64,000 nt of DNA from Mobula birostris. Lineage: Eukaryota. A program made the position numbers and the translations under genes. Shown piece after piece: positions 12,326 through 25,981 of the stretch (its first letter is position 1; each line of letters opens with the position of its first letter). Below the pieces are notes generated by a model. It made no database searches. It was not told where the DNA came from and worked only from the letters and a program-made list of their open reading frames with translations. Location: NCBI RefSeq assembly GCF_030028105.1, contig NC_092401.1:6854984-6918983 (forward strand), given 5' to 3'.

Positions 12326-14165
12326 CAGTTGCCAGAAAAAGTTAGTGAATTCTTTGTAATTACCTGGTTTTCTGCATTAATTGCTCATAAAATGTAAACA
12401 TAGATATTCACAGCACATTACAGGCCCTTCGGCCCACAGTGTTGTGCCGACCACGTAACCTACTCCAGACACTGCCTGGAATTTCCCTAGTGCATAGCCC
12501 TCTATTTTTTTAAGCTCCATGTACCTATTTAAGAGTCTCTTAAAAGACCCTGTTGTATCTGCTTCCACCACTGCTGCCAGCAGTGCATTCCACGCACCCA
12601 CCACTGTCTGTGTGAAAAACCTACCCCTGACATCCCCTCTGTAACTACTTCCAACTACCTTAAAATAATGCCCCCTCGTGTTAGCCATGTGGTCTGGCTG
12701 TCATCTATGTCACGATAATAGATAAACACAATCTGCCTAAACTAATAACATTCAGTTGCACTTCTCATCAACACTGAGCACACCATTTAACAGTCACAGT
12801 CTAGATTCAAAAAAGTATCTGAACCTCTGGGTTGATGCTTTCTACAATTTTTTTTGGGAGTTTAGGTGTTCAAATCAATGAGATGAGATTGGAGGTATGG
12901 GTTGTAGAGGTGCCCTGCCTTATAAAAAAAGTTGCACGAAGTCAGGTTACTTCTCAAGAAAGAACTGTTTACTTGCACTAAGCCTCAATCAGAACAACTT
13001 TCTGAGGACCTTAGAAGAGGAATTGTAGAAAGCTGGAAAAGGCTATAAAAACATTTCCAAAGACCTGAGTGTTCATCAGTCCACAGGAAGAGAAATTGTC
13101 TGCAAGCAGGGGAAATACAGTACTGTTGCTGCTCTCCCTGGGAGTGGGCGTCCTGTAAAGATCACACCAAGAGCACAAGGTGCAATGCTAAAGGAGGTGA
13201 TGGCAAAAGACCTGCAGAAATTGCTAGAACTTGCCAAAGTATCTGTTCATGTGTCCACTGCAAGTGAAACACTGAACAAGAACGGTGCTCATGGAATGAC
13301 ACCACAGAGGAAACCACTGTTCTCCAAAAAAACAAAAATTGCTGCATATCTCAAGTTTGCAAACGACCACCTGGATGTTCCACAATGCTGCTGGGACAAT
13401 ATTCTGTGGACAGATGAGACAAAAGTTGAACTTGTTGACAGAAATGCACACCACCGCTATGTGTGGAGGAAATAAGGCACTGTACACCAACACCAAAACC
13501 TCATTCCAACTGTGAAGCATGGTGGAAGGAGCATCGTGGTTTGGGGCTGCTTTGCTGCCTCAGGGCCTGGACAGCTTGCAGTCATTGAGAGAACAATGAA
13601 TTCAAATTTGTATTAAGATATTTTACAGGAGAATGTCAGGGTAGTGGTCCATCACCTGATGCTTAATAGAAGTTGGATGATGCAGCAAGACGATCACCTG
13701 AAACACAAGAGTAAATCAACAACAGAATGGTTTAAAAAGATGAAAATCCATGTTTTGGAATGGCCAGACCTTAACCCAATTGAGATGCTGTGGCTGTTCA
13801 TGCGAGGTATCCCAGAAATATTGATGAACTGAAACAATTTTGAGTGGAGGAATGGTTTAAAACTCCCCCTCGCCGTTCTGCAAGTCTGATCAGCAGCTGC
13901 AGAAAACATTTGGTGGAGGTTATTGTTGCTGAAGGAGATTCTACCAGTTATTAAATACAAGGGTTCACGTACTGTTTTGAACCTAGACTGTGATTGTTTA
14001 AACGGTGTACTCTGTATTGATGAGAAGAAGTACAATTGTTTGTGTGTTATTAGTTTAGGCAGATTGTGTCTATAATGGCAGATGAAGATCAGACCACATT
14101 TTATGAGTAATTAATGCAGAAAACCAGGTAATTGCAGTGGGTTCACAAACTTTTTCTTTCAACTG
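12326..14165 (+). mobile_element. Tc1/mariner transposon, decayed, with a CR1 3' fragment (~12400-12690) inside its left TIR
   Basis: TA-CAGTTG...CAACTG-TA termini; ORF pieces WDNILWTDETKVEL, WMMQQDD, WPDLNPIEMLW. Confidence 0.92.
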
Positions 14166-14167
14166 TA

Positions 14168-14590
14168 TGTCACCGTATACAACCCTGAAATTAATTTTCC
14201 TGCAGGCATATTTTGCAAATCCATAGAACCATAACTGTGAACAGGATCATTAGATGACAAACTGTGAAAGGACAAATGAGTGAGATTGACTCCCTTTGTT
14301 CTGGAACCTGATGGTTGTGGGGTCGTAACTGTTCTTTAACCTGGTAGTGCGAGTTCTCAGGCTCTTGTACTTTTTACCTGATGGCAGCAGTGGGAAAAGA
14401 GCGTGGCCTGGGTGGTGAAAATCTCTGATGATGGATGCTGCTTTCCTACAGCAACGTTTCATGTAGATGTGCTCAGTGGTTGGGAGGGCTTTACCCTTGC
14501 TGTACTGGGCTGAATCCCCTACCTTTTGTAGGATTTTGTGTTCAAAGGCATTGGTGTTTCCGTACCAGGCCGTGATGCAGCTCAGCAACA
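14168..14590 (-). mobile_element. Rex1/Babar-type LINE 3' fragment, split by the Tc1 (tail at ~12290-12325)
   Basis: ORF 14250-14588 (CITAWYGN...HPGHALFPLLPSGKKYKSLRTRTTRLKNSY). Confidence 0.8.
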
Positions 14591-14910
14591 GGGCATGATA
14601 TGGAACATAACCAGGCTTCTAACCTTCTGTGAGTTTGCAGTGCGGACACGTGGCTGTGGAAGTGACTTCTGAGAGAAAGCGTTTGTCACAGCCACAGCTA
14701 CGATCGCAGGCGCTCGATGAAACTCGTGGAATCTGTCACCCATTAGGAATTCATCTTCAGGAGAAAATTGACAAGTGTTAACTGTAATGGGCAGATATAT
14801 AAATGTAGGGACTTCTTTCAGAGAAGGCAGGAATTGAACTTTGCCGCCCCGAGCTGTGATAACTGCAACGCTTCCGTGGCACCTCATGAGTTAACTTTGA
14901 CCATGAATAA

Positions 14911-15087
<177 letters not shown>

Positions 15088-15389
15088 TAACTTGTGCAGT
15101 TTCTTCAAAGACATTGATACATTGACCTAGTGACATTGGTTGAGGGGGGAATATTGCTCAGAGAACCAGACTGAACTCTTCTAATAATGATGGGGGATCT
15201 TTTGTCCCTACCTGAGTGGGAAAGGATAGACCTTTGCTTCAACATCCATCCAAAAAGAAACTCGAGAGTCCTGCCCTGGGTTAGTCAGCCCAGCTTTTTG
15301 TAAAGTCTCTGGAGTGTGACTTGAGCTCCTTACTTTGGTGAGAATGGCTCCCACTGAACTTCAGATGGTAGTCTCAATGAAGCACGTAC

Positions 15390-16670
15390 TAATCTTCAAT
15401 TTGGTATGCAGATTGGGTGACCACTTCGCTAAGCACCTTGGCAAAAAGCAGGATTTCTTGGAGGTCAATCATTTTAATTCCAATTTCCATTTCAACATGT
15501 CAGTCCATGGCCGCCTCTACTGCTACGATGGGGCGCCTCTCAGATTGAAAGAGCTACACGTCATTCTCTCCGGGTAGCCTCCAACCTGATGGCATGAAGA
15601 TCGGTTTTTCTAGCTTCCAGTAATTTTTCCTCTTCCCCTTTCACTCTTCTTTCATTCCCCACTCTGGCTGCCCTCTCTCCTCTCCTGCCTAACTCCTCTC
15701 CCTGGTGCTTCTCCTTCACCTTCTCCCATGGTCCATTCACCTCTCCTCTCCAATTCCTTCGACTCCAGCCCTTTACCTTTTCCACCTATCACCTCCCTGC
15801 TTCATACTTTCTTTGCCAACCATCTGACTTTACCAATCACCTTTTTCAGCTTTTACTCCTTCCCCCTTATTCTGGCTTCTCCCCCTTTCTTTCCAATCCT
15901 GAAGACTATAGGCCATTAGGCCATTCAGTCCATTAAGTCTGCTCTGCCATTTCATCATGGCTGATCCTGGATCTCACTCAATCCCATGCACCTGTCTTGT
16001 CGCCATATCCTTTGATGCCCTGACCAATTAGGAAATGATCAACTTCTGCTTTAAGTATACCCACAGACTTGGACTCCACTGCAGTCTGTGGCAGAATATT
16101 CCACAGATTCACTACTGTCTGGCTAAAAAAAATTCCTTTCTGAGATACAGTATGGGGCCCAAAACTTGCCAATATTGCAACTGCGGCCTGACTAGTATCT
16201 TATAAAGCATCAGCATTATCTCCTTGCTTTTATATTCTATTCCCCTTGAAATAAATGCCAACATTGCATTTGCCTTCTGGGAGTCTTGTATGAGGACTCC
16301 TAGGTCCCTCTGCACCTCTTGATGTTTGAACCTTCTCTCCATTTTGATAACACTCGGCACTATTGTTCCTTTTTCCAAAATGCATTATCCTACATTTCCC
16401 AATGCTGTATTCCGTCTTCCATTTTTATTTCCCCCATTCTTTCAATTTGTCCAGGTCCTGCCGCAATGGCGTTGCTTCCTCAGCACTACCTACCCCTCCG
16501 CCTAGCTGCGTATGGTCCGCAAACTTTGCCACAAAGCCAAAAAAGGGTCTTGACTCAAAAGTCGACTGTTTATTCATTTCTATTGATGCTCCCTGGCCTG
16601 CTGAGTTCCTCCAGCATTTTGTGTGTGTTGCTCTGGATTTCCAGCATCTGCAGAATCTTTTGTGTTACTA
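15390..16670 (+). mobile_element. Penelope-like element 3' part, interrupted by a minus-strand CR1 fragment (~15905-16535)
   Basis: GIY-YIG C-terminal remnant (RLGDHFAKHL...HFNS...GSLQPDGM), pyrimidine-rich region, split hammerhead motif, conserved tail CCTGCTGAGTTCCTCCAGCATTTTGTG. Confidence 0.75.
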
Positions 16671-16829
16671 ATCTTCAGTATACTTTCTTTACTCAAATTC
16701 TTTCACACTTTGCTAAAAGCGTTATGATATACCTGATCTGAATTTCCCCACACTTACCCAATAGAGGTAGTTATTAAACAGTTATGTGCAGGCAATTTAT
16801 GTGAAATATGCTTCCACAACAAGGTTTGG

Positions 16830-17500
16830 TTAACATAGGGCATTGAACAGTACAAGCCTTGCAGCCCATTAAACTGAATTTAATATCCACCTAACCCTTT
16901 CCTCCCACATAGCCCTACATTTTTCTTTTAATCCATGTACCTTTCTAAGAGTCTTTTAAATGCCATTAATGCATTGGCCTCTACCACCACCACGGGCAGT
17001 GCATGACAGTCACTCTCTGTAAAAGAAACCTGCTTCTGCCATCTCCCCTGTACGTTCCTCCAATCACCTTAAAATTATGCCGTCTGATATCAGCCATTGG
17101 GGAAAAAGGCTCTGCCTGTCTGCTCTATTTATCCGTCTTATCGTCTTGTACACCTCCATCAAGTCACCTCTCATCCTCCTTCACTCCAAAGAGAAAAGCC
17201 CAAAGCTCAGACAACCTGTCCTCATAAGTCATGTCCACTAATCCAGGCAGCATCCTGGTACATCTCTCTGCACTCTCTAAAGCTTCCATATCCTTCTGTA
17301 ATGAGGCAACCAGAACTGAACGTAATACTCCCAAGTGTGGTCTAACCAGAGTTTTATAGAGCTGCAGCGTTACCTCATTGTTCATGACCTCAATCCTCCA
17401 ACTAATGAAGGCCAACACACCATACACATTCTCATCAACTTGCACAGCAGCTTTGAGGGCTATATAGACATGGATGCTGAGATCCCCCTGTTCCTTCACG
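16830..17500 (-). mobile_element. CR1 LINE 3' fragment
   Basis: ORF 17164-17499 (QLYKTLVRPHL...TRMLPGL...YEDRL). Confidence 0.85.
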
Positions 17501-17882
17501 GGAAGATGAAATACTCCCTGGAATTCTTGTAATCTCTCATTCCTCTAAATTCTGGTGTGAGGGTCAATGTTGTCCTTCCCTGGAGGTAACGGTGAGGAAA
17601 GCACAGTCTAACTCATCCTGCTGGCAGATGTGCCCTGTTATCTTCTGGAAGAATACAAATACGTTGTCTCGCATGTCCTTACAAGGTGAGCTTCAGGCCG
17701 CTAAATATGCTGCTGTGTAGATAGCGGATTCGATCTGCATCCCAGTATAACGTTACTGTAATCACGCCAGTTCAGGAGCTGACAGTGGGTGCTGCTTCTC
17801 ACCCATGCACTGAACGTCTGCCCTCTGATAAATCTTTTCAATGAATGTACTGCCTGTGACTACTCATCAGTCATCAGTAATC

Positions 17883-17918
<36 letters not shown>
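17883..17918 (+). repeat. (GT)n(GA)n compound microsatellite
   Basis: Directly visible. Confidence 0.95.
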
Positions 17919-17969
17919 CTACATGATGTCTGTGAGCTGTCCCTTGCCCCTCTTCCTCCCAACATCCCA

Positions 17970-18330
17970 AAACAAGAGATTCTGCAAATGCTGAAAATCT
18001 GGAGAAATTCAGCAAGTCAGGTTTCATCTATAAAGAGAAATAAACAGTCGTTATTTCGGGCTGAGACCCTTCATCAGGACTTCGAGGGGAAGGGGGTAAG
18101 AAGTCAGGGGTGGAGGAGAAGTAAAGCTGGCAGCTGATAGGTGAAAAAAAGGTGAGAGGTGGGTGGGGGAGGGGGCTTGAAGTAAGAAGCTGGGAGGTGA
18201 TAGGTGGAAGAGGTAAAGTCTGAAGAGACGGAATCTGATTGGAGAGGAGAGTGGACCAAAGAAGAAGGGGAAGGAGGAGGGGACCCAGATGGAGGTGATG
18301 GGTGTGAAGGAAAAGAGAAGGGAGCCAATG
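17970..18330 (-). mobile_element. Penelope-derived short repeat with hammerhead-like motif
   Basis: Minus strand AGTC-CTGATGA-AGGGTCTCAGCCC-GAAA at ~18045-18081; same family as 28335, 38475, 46115, 51545. Confidence 0.75.
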
Positions 18331-18357
18331 TAATGTATCATTTGTTTTCCCTCTTAA

Positions 18358-18447
<90 letters not shown>

Positions 18448-19169
18448 TAAAAAAAAAATTTGTTATATCCACACTCTGCAGCATAGACACACTAACTTCC
18501 TAATTCATGATGTAACGTATTACAGCTTCCATTTTAAAAAAAAGTCTTCACAATTAGAATCACGGTGCAATATTTGCAGTATCTATGGAGGGGAATAAAG
18601 AGGCCCGAGAAATGGCTCTCTATGTGTCTCCATAGATGTTGCCTGACCTGCTGAGTTCCTCCAGCATTTTTGTTGGGTGTTACTCTGGGTTTCCAGCATC
18701 TGCAGAATCTCATGTGTTTACAGTATTTACAGTGTGTGGGGATAATGACACCCATCTACCAGTAGCTTTGAATGCTGGAATCCCAGTTTTGTGATCCCAC
18801 TCCTTCCCAGTGGTGAAGTGTCACCCACACAGCCTGACTGTGTGGTTCAAGCTCCTCTAAAAATCAAAATGCATTACACAGGAAGGGAGCAGATAAACAT
18901 ATTATAAAGCCAATTCTAATACCTTAGATCTGGTTCTGAAGCGATATTTGAACGCCTCTGATAATGAACTCTCCTGATCCTGGTGAGTTCTTTCTGCTGT
19001 TTAGGTAGGGTTCTGATCTGGGTTACTTCCTGAACACGAGTCATTGTTAAGGGTGGCAGAGCACAGGTGGGCCCAAGGTGGTTGCCTGAGTAACTTCAGT
19101 TATGTTAATAGCCTCATTAATGGTTAATGTGCAGTTAATGGCCTCATTCACATGCTATATTTATATTTA

Positions 19170-20920
19170 GAACCGTGAACATAAAAACCCCTTTTTTCTT
19201 TCATCCATGTGCCTATGTAAGTGCCTATGTAAGTAAGCCGAGTTAGATATGGCCCTTGTGGCTACGGGGGTCAGGGGGTATGGAGGGAAGGCTGGGGCGG
19301 TGTTCTGAGTTGGATGATCAGCCATGATCATAATAAATGGCGGTGCAGGCTCGAAGGGCCGAATGGCCAACTCCTGCACCTATTTTCTATGTTTCTATGT
19401 AAGAGTCTGCTTCCACCGTCACCTATAGCAGTGCAATGCATGCACACATTACCCTCTGTGTGATTTAAATAAAAACACCTACCCCTGACATCCCCCCCAC
19501 ACTTTCCCCAAAATCAAGGGTTCCCCAGCCTTTTTTATGCCATGGACCCCAGGCTGGAAACCCCTCATATTAAAGTTATGTCCTCTCATATTGGCTATTT
19601 CTGTCTGGGAAAATGACTTTGGTCTTCCACTTTGTGCCACTATCATCTTTGCACCTCGATCAAATTAATTTAGTTATAATAAAAGCAGGCAAACAGTGAT
19701 TAAGAGTTATGTAATCAACAAACATGTTGATTAACAGTAGTGAAGGAGACAAAACCCCTAGAATTCTGAAATGTACATACTAAAAGGTTTGGATAGAGTG
19801 GATCTGGAGAAGACATTTCCATCAGTAGAAGGGTCTAGGAACTGAGGGCACAGCCTCAGAATCAAGTGAACGTCCCTTTAAAACTGAGGTGAGGAGGAAT
19901 TTCTTCAGCCAGAGAGTGGTGAATCTGTTGAATTCTTTGTCACTGAGGGCTGTGGAGGCCAAACCATTGTGTGTATCTGAGACAGAGGTTGATAAGTTCT
20001 TAATTCATAAGGGAGTAGATGGGAGAATGAGGTTGTAAGGAAAATAAGTTTTGATTCAATGGCAGAGCAGGCTCGATGGGCTGAAAGGGTTAATTCTGCT
20101 CCTGTATCTTGTGGTTGAAAAGCTGGGAAACAGTTATTTGACAGTAAGTCGATTTAACAGTAATGCAGAACATTAGCTCAATTTACATAGAATAGTACAG
20201 CACAGGCCCTTCGGCCCACGTTTTGTGCCGACCCTTAAACCCTGCCTCCCATATAACCGCCCGCCTTAAATTCCTCCATAAATTTTTAAATTTGGACTCC
20301 ATATATCGGGCTCCATATACCTTATAAATTTAAAATAATTTGGAGGTAAATCAAAGCTGGTGTGTGTTTCTCCTAAAGCAAGAAAACATCACTGCTGCCT
20401 AGTGCATCCTCTTTGCTTTCAGTACAAAGAAGGGAGATCGAATACTTTCATTATGAATTGATTAGGGGAACGTGTAGGAGGTTCTGTGGATGAGAACAAC
20501 ATTCCTGGGTGGTATGTTGCCTCCAGGTGTCAGGACCAGCACCTATAGCATTCTGAAAGGCTAAGGTGAACAGCCAAAGGTTGTGACCCTCTTTGGTACC
20601 AATAAGGTGGACAGGAATGGTGACGAGGTCCTGTAAAGTGAGTTCAGAGAGTTGATTGCTAGGTTGAAGGATAGAACCTTCAGGACGGTGATCTCAGGAT
20701 TGCTACCCATGCCACATGCTAGTGAGTCTAGAGATAGGAAGATAATATAGCTTAACACGTGGCTAAAGAAATGATGCAGGAGCAAGGCCTTCAGATTTTA
20801 TATCATTGGGCTCTCTTCTAGGAAATGGAGCAGTTTGCTCCTGACGGGGGGAGGGACCAGTATCCTAGGCGGAAGGTTTGCTAGTGGGGTTAAACTAGAG
20901 TTGCAAGGGTGGTGGGAAGA
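19170..20920. mobile_element. Cluster of CR1 fragments, including 3' ends and an ORF1 esterase-like remnant (~20430-20920)
   Basis: CR1 tails (TTTCTATG repeats, AGGCCCTTCGGCCC); decayed GTNKVDRNGDEVL...VISGLLPMP typical of CR1 ORF1. Confidence 0.7.
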
Positions 20921-20968
20921 GACAACGAATTCTACTGCAGTAAGAATGTAATTAAAATGTGATGATGA

Positions 20969-21268
<300 letters not shown>

Positions 21269-22177
21269 TGGGTGGGTGACCAAGGTACTCGGGGTGCTGA
21301 ATGCCAGCTCATCCCAGCAACGCTGCCAATGCACAACGTGAGGACGGGTGGTGCCACCACCGCTACGCCAGAGTGAGTGGACATCAGGAGCCAGTGGAAA
21401 ACTTGGACTGGAGAGAAGGTAGAGGACAGGCTACCTCAGGGAGGGGTGCATTCCTCTCGTTGGTCTCTGCTTCACCTTGTTGATGTGCCTTTGCTCAATG
21501 GATGACGGGATTTGAACGGAATAGTACATGCGGTCATTTTTGTCTGTCTTTGCCATGTGTTTTTCACTCTCTCTCTTCCCTCCTGTGTTTTTTTGGTCCG
21601 CCTAGTGTTCGTGTCCTCTGTATTGATCATTCAGTTAAACAGCTGTGGAATGCACATCTTTTACCTATATTCACCTCATTTATATTTTTTATCTGTTGTA
21701 TTTTTGGATGACTCCCATGCGACGGTTGCAATTTCCTGCTCTCATTTCTACCTGTGGGGCTAGTAAAACAAGTTAACGCTGTGCATTAAAATATTTTTGA
21801 ACTAGTCATATTTTAGTATGCTCCCCTAATGTTTTATTGATATGGCTTTGTGAATAACCCTTACATTTGTGCACATCTCTGTCTGTCGGCTAGTGCCTTG
21901 TCTCGGGCAGTTTGTGTTACTGGAACTGCACAAGTACAGACTCATCTTGTCGGTGTTTGATCAACACAGTCAGCGTCTAGACTACTGCAATTCGATAGAC
22001 ACGTCGATTACTTTAAATATCTGCTGCAGTAACTCAATGCAATGTTGTGATTTTGTTCCTGTTACTCTGAGTTGTATTATTTTTGTATGTTTGCAGATGT
22101 GGCAGGATCTTAAACATTGGGAATTAAACTTTGGGCACATTATTTTATAAATCACTTTGCGGGAGTTAAGTATCAAC

Positions 22178-22183
22178 AATAAA
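22178..22183 (+). terminator. Candidate FDX2 polyadenylation signal
   Basis: AATAAA about 0.9 kb after the stop; ATTAAA at ~21785 is an alternative. Confidence 0.45.
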
Positions 22184-22539
22184 CGTAGACTCACCTTGTC
22201 ACTCGTGTGAAACATGCCTGTCCTTGAATCTTGCCGAGGCTGAAATCAGCCTTTGCCGTCATTGATCGGTAAAGAGAAAGCTCTTGGTGTGGTCTCAGCA
22301 TCTGAAATGTGGACACGGTCTCATCACATGTTATGCAGAGTTGGAATAATTGTGGGCAGAACAAAGAATAGCAGCCCCCATCAAACAGTAGAACAAAGCT
22401 AAAATGGGCCCGAGGTCTTTGGCTAATTTATCTGCAATGGGTAGTTATGAATTGTCAATGACACCTTCTGGGTAAAGTATGAGGAACTCGCTACCTGCCC
22501 CCCCCACCCCCAGGCTGTGGCCTGAGCCTACCACTGTTA

Positions 22540-24220
22540 ATCTTCTCACACATGATGCACGGCCATACACCCTAAGTAATCATATTGTCAGGTTTGCTGA
22601 TGATACGACAGTGGTGGGCCTCATCAACAACAATGAGTGAGACATCCTATAGAGAGAAGGTGGAAGAGCTCAAGGCCTGGTGACAGGCAAATAACCTCTT
22701 CCTTAATGTCAACAAGGCAAAGGAGCTGGTTACTGGCTGGAGGAGAACTTGCACGATGCACACCTCACTTTACGTCGGCGGCACAGCAGTGGAAACCGAT
22801 CAGTTTCACACTCCTGGGACTGCACATCTCGTACAGCCTCTCATGGTCCCACAACACATCCTACACAGACAAGAAAGCTCACCAACACCACTGCTGGAGT
22901 ATTCTGGAGTTATCTGGATTCATACCTGCTATACTCACATAAGAACCAGTTTTCCATGCTGAACATAAATTGCAAGCAGTAAATTAAAGATAAAAGCACA
23001 GGCTGGCCCACAGACTAAGATATGGTGTGCAAAATGGTGACCATGATATATTTGCATCTATATCAGCCAATTTTTAAAACAATGGGGTCATGTTAATTGG
23101 GCCTGCGTCAAACCAGGCAACATGGCTGAGTTATTTGCACCATTGTGACTTGAATTCAAGCTGGCAGACTAGGCTGATGATGTCATTCAGCATATCAAAC
23201 ACGGTCACAGGTACAGTTGTGGTCAATAGCTGATCTATTGTGTGCGCAGAATGTCAGCTCCCACAGGCACTCATCTTGGGCATCTGGCTCTCTGTTTTTA
23301 GAATATCTGTGTCAATTAGTTTGTCCCAACAGGGCTTTTTGAACATTCAGAGGCATCTCCCACTGTAGATATGTAACTCAAAGGAAACATTGTCGACCCA
23401 AAGTATTGAAATAAATGATATTGTAACTATTGAAATTGTATTGAATCACCTTTGACCTTAAGGGCATAAAAATGAGTTTGTGACACTCTACTGAGAGGGT
23501 GTATAGAGGAGTGCCTGCTTGTTATGATGAATAAAGACTTGTATAGCACCAGCTTCAGTATCTCACGGGGTGATTTTGATCACAGTCACAACAGCCTCTA
23601 CTTTCTGAGGAGGCTGAAGAGAGCTAGACAATGCACATCAATAGTCATGACCCTCTACAGCTGCGCAGTAGAGAGCATCCGCAGTGTATTGTACAGAAAC
23701 TGCACTGCCGTGGACAGGAAGGCTCTGCAAAGGTTAGTCAAAACTGCCCAACGCGTCCTGTCTTCCCACCATCGAGGACAAAAATACAGGAAGAAGCTGT
23801 AAAAAGGCCAGCAATGGCATGAAGGGATCTCAGCCTTTGGACTGTGTGTCCCATTTGCATCCAGGAGGAGCCAAGCAGCATTCCTGCCAGGACCACCAGA
23901 CTCAAAAACAGCTACTTTCCCCAAGCAGTAAGGATAATAAATACTTACACCCACTAACCCCACCATAACCCCAAGCATCACTAGTTAATCGTTTCCTGTC
24001 AAAGTCACCTTATCTGCACACTCCTGAACCTAGCGTCACTTTATGCACATACAATTTATGTATATAGGCTATCTTACGTATTTGTATTTCTTGTGTTTTT
24101 ATTATTGTATTCTTTATCTTATTGTGTTTTTTAATTTGTTCTGCATCGGATCTGAAGTAACAATTATTTCGTGCTCCTTTCCACCTGTGTGCTGAAAATA
24201 ATATTAAACCATCTTGAATC
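22540..24220 (+). mobile_element. Rex1/Babar-type LINE fragments (~22540-22890 and ~23585-24220)
   Basis: RFADDTTVVGLI motif; LYFLRRLKR...AVESI...DRKALQRLVKTAQ; tail ATTAAACCATCTTGAATC. Confidence 0.75.
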
Positions 24221-24229
24221 ACGAAGAGC

Positions 24230-24396
24230 TCCATTACTCCGGACCGGTGGGGGGCGCTACGGTTCCCGGCCGACGGCGGGGCTCTGTGGATCCGAGCCGG
24301 CTGGCGGCGCAGTTCAGGGAGGCCGGCGGCGGGGCGGGATTTGGGCCCTTCTCCGGAAGGCGGATGTTGTCGTCCACTTTGTGTCTCCGGCTGAAA
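24230..24396 (+). promoter_or_regulatory. FBXL12 CpG-island promoter/5'UTR
   Basis: CpG-dense; GGGGCGGG GC box, CCGGAAG ETS-type site, YY1-like AAAATGGC over the start codon. Confidence 0.7.
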
Positions 24397-24503
24397 ATGG
24401 CTGCGGTGTTATTCGAAAATGCGACGCTGAACTCGCTGCCCGAGAACGTGCTAGTGGAGATCCTGTCCTACTTGTCCACCCGGGACCTGCTCCGCATCAG
24501 CAG
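24397..24503 (+). CDS. FBXL12: F-box/LRR-repeat protein 12 exon 1 (F-box start)
   Basis: MAAVLFENATLNSLPENVLVEILSYLSTRDLLRISR; donor CAG|GTACTG, phase 2; an upstream in-frame ATG exists at 24364. Confidence 0.88.
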
Positions 24504-25483
24504 GTACTGAGCTGGCGGGGCCGAGCGGGAGCTGGCGGTGGAAGTAGGAGATGTGGGTCCGCCCGGAATGGGGGTGCGGAGGAAGGGAGGGGGCGAGAGA
24601 GACAGAGGAGGGGGGGGTGAGAGGCCTAGTTTCCCTCATTCCTGAGGGAAGGGAAGGCAGGGTGGTAGCTGTCAGGGCTAGTGCACCAGGGAAGGTTGGA
24701 GGAAGGGGGAATGGAGGTGGGTGTCGGGGCAGGAAATAGAGCCGCCGCCGGGAAGGTGGGAGGGGGCGGGCGGCTGGAGGAGTTGCGACAGGCCCCGTCC
24801 GTGAGAGTTGGGGTTGGTTGGTGGTGCGCCCGATGCAGAGGTAGCTCCCACGGGGAGATGGGGGGAAACCGGCTTGCTGGGGGGTGGGGGAGTCACGTCA
24901 AGGGTGAGGAGAAAGAGAAGTCGTCCAGATCAGATTGGGGAAGGAGACACCGGCTGGCAGAGAACAGTAAAGTGGTAGCTTGTTTCCAATGCGGGTGAGG
25001 TGTAAAGACCGGTTTGCCCATGAGAGAGGAAAAACATTACCAGAGTGTACTGGTTTGGGGGGAGGGGGTTGACCACGTCTCATCCCCCTGTAGAAGGTAA
25101 AGATCTTTTGGGAGGGGAGAAAAGTGTTACAAATATGGCAGTCAGGGTAGAGACAGGAGCTATGGAGTGGAGAGTCTGGCCCAATCCTCTAGCGAATGTA
25201 AAGACTGGGGCATCAAACCTGCCTCCTCATGAACAAGGATGATGGAGAATTAAGTAAGTGAACCCCCAGGAGAAGATAGGTGGTTGGGGCTGGTACTGAG
25301 TGTTTAGATCTTGGTTGTGGGAAGGACAACTGGGAAGTTGCTGGGAAGTGGGATGAAGGTGGACAGTGTTAACCTTGGGTCTAGGATATATCTCCTGACC
25401 TAGCTAGGAATAAATTGGGATTTTAACTTCAAGACAGTCTGATTGTGATGAGTAATTTAGGAGAGATCTTTATGTTTCCTCAG

Positions 25484-25556
25484 AGTTTGCAAAAGATGGA
25501 GAAGATTAGCTTATGACAAAGGACTCTGGAAAGATGTTAATTTAACCCCATACAAG
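25484..25556 (+). CDS. FBXL12: FBXL12 exon 2 (73 nt)
   Basis: VCKRWRRLAYDKGLWKDVNLTPYK; acceptor TTTCCTCAG, donor GTAAGG. Confidence 0.9.
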
Positions 25557-25981
25557 GTAAGGTATTTATTTCTATAAAACTTTGGCATTGAAATTTTGTG
25601 TAAGAAATTTTGAGAGAAATAATTTGTAGGTTTGCTGAATGGTTCAGTAGTGAAAGGAGGCTACCAAATTTAAAAGATTTCATGCAGTGTCCAAGTTAAG
25701 GGGTTATTTTGCAGTATGCAAACATCATTGTAAATATAATTGCAGCACCTTTTAAACGTCATATCATGTCTCATTGCCCGAATGATGAAGTGCTTTTTAG
25801 CTTCATCTTGAACAGTCTGGGTTCCCTGATCCCAGAAAATACTTTCCCGATACTGGCCCAATCAAGGCAGCCCTCAGATGCCCAGGGCCGACACTGCATG
25901 TAACAATCGAGAAAATGTTGGTGTCTCATCAGTCAGCGTGTCTGTTGTGTGATTACTTGTGATTTGATTCTGTTCTTTCAG

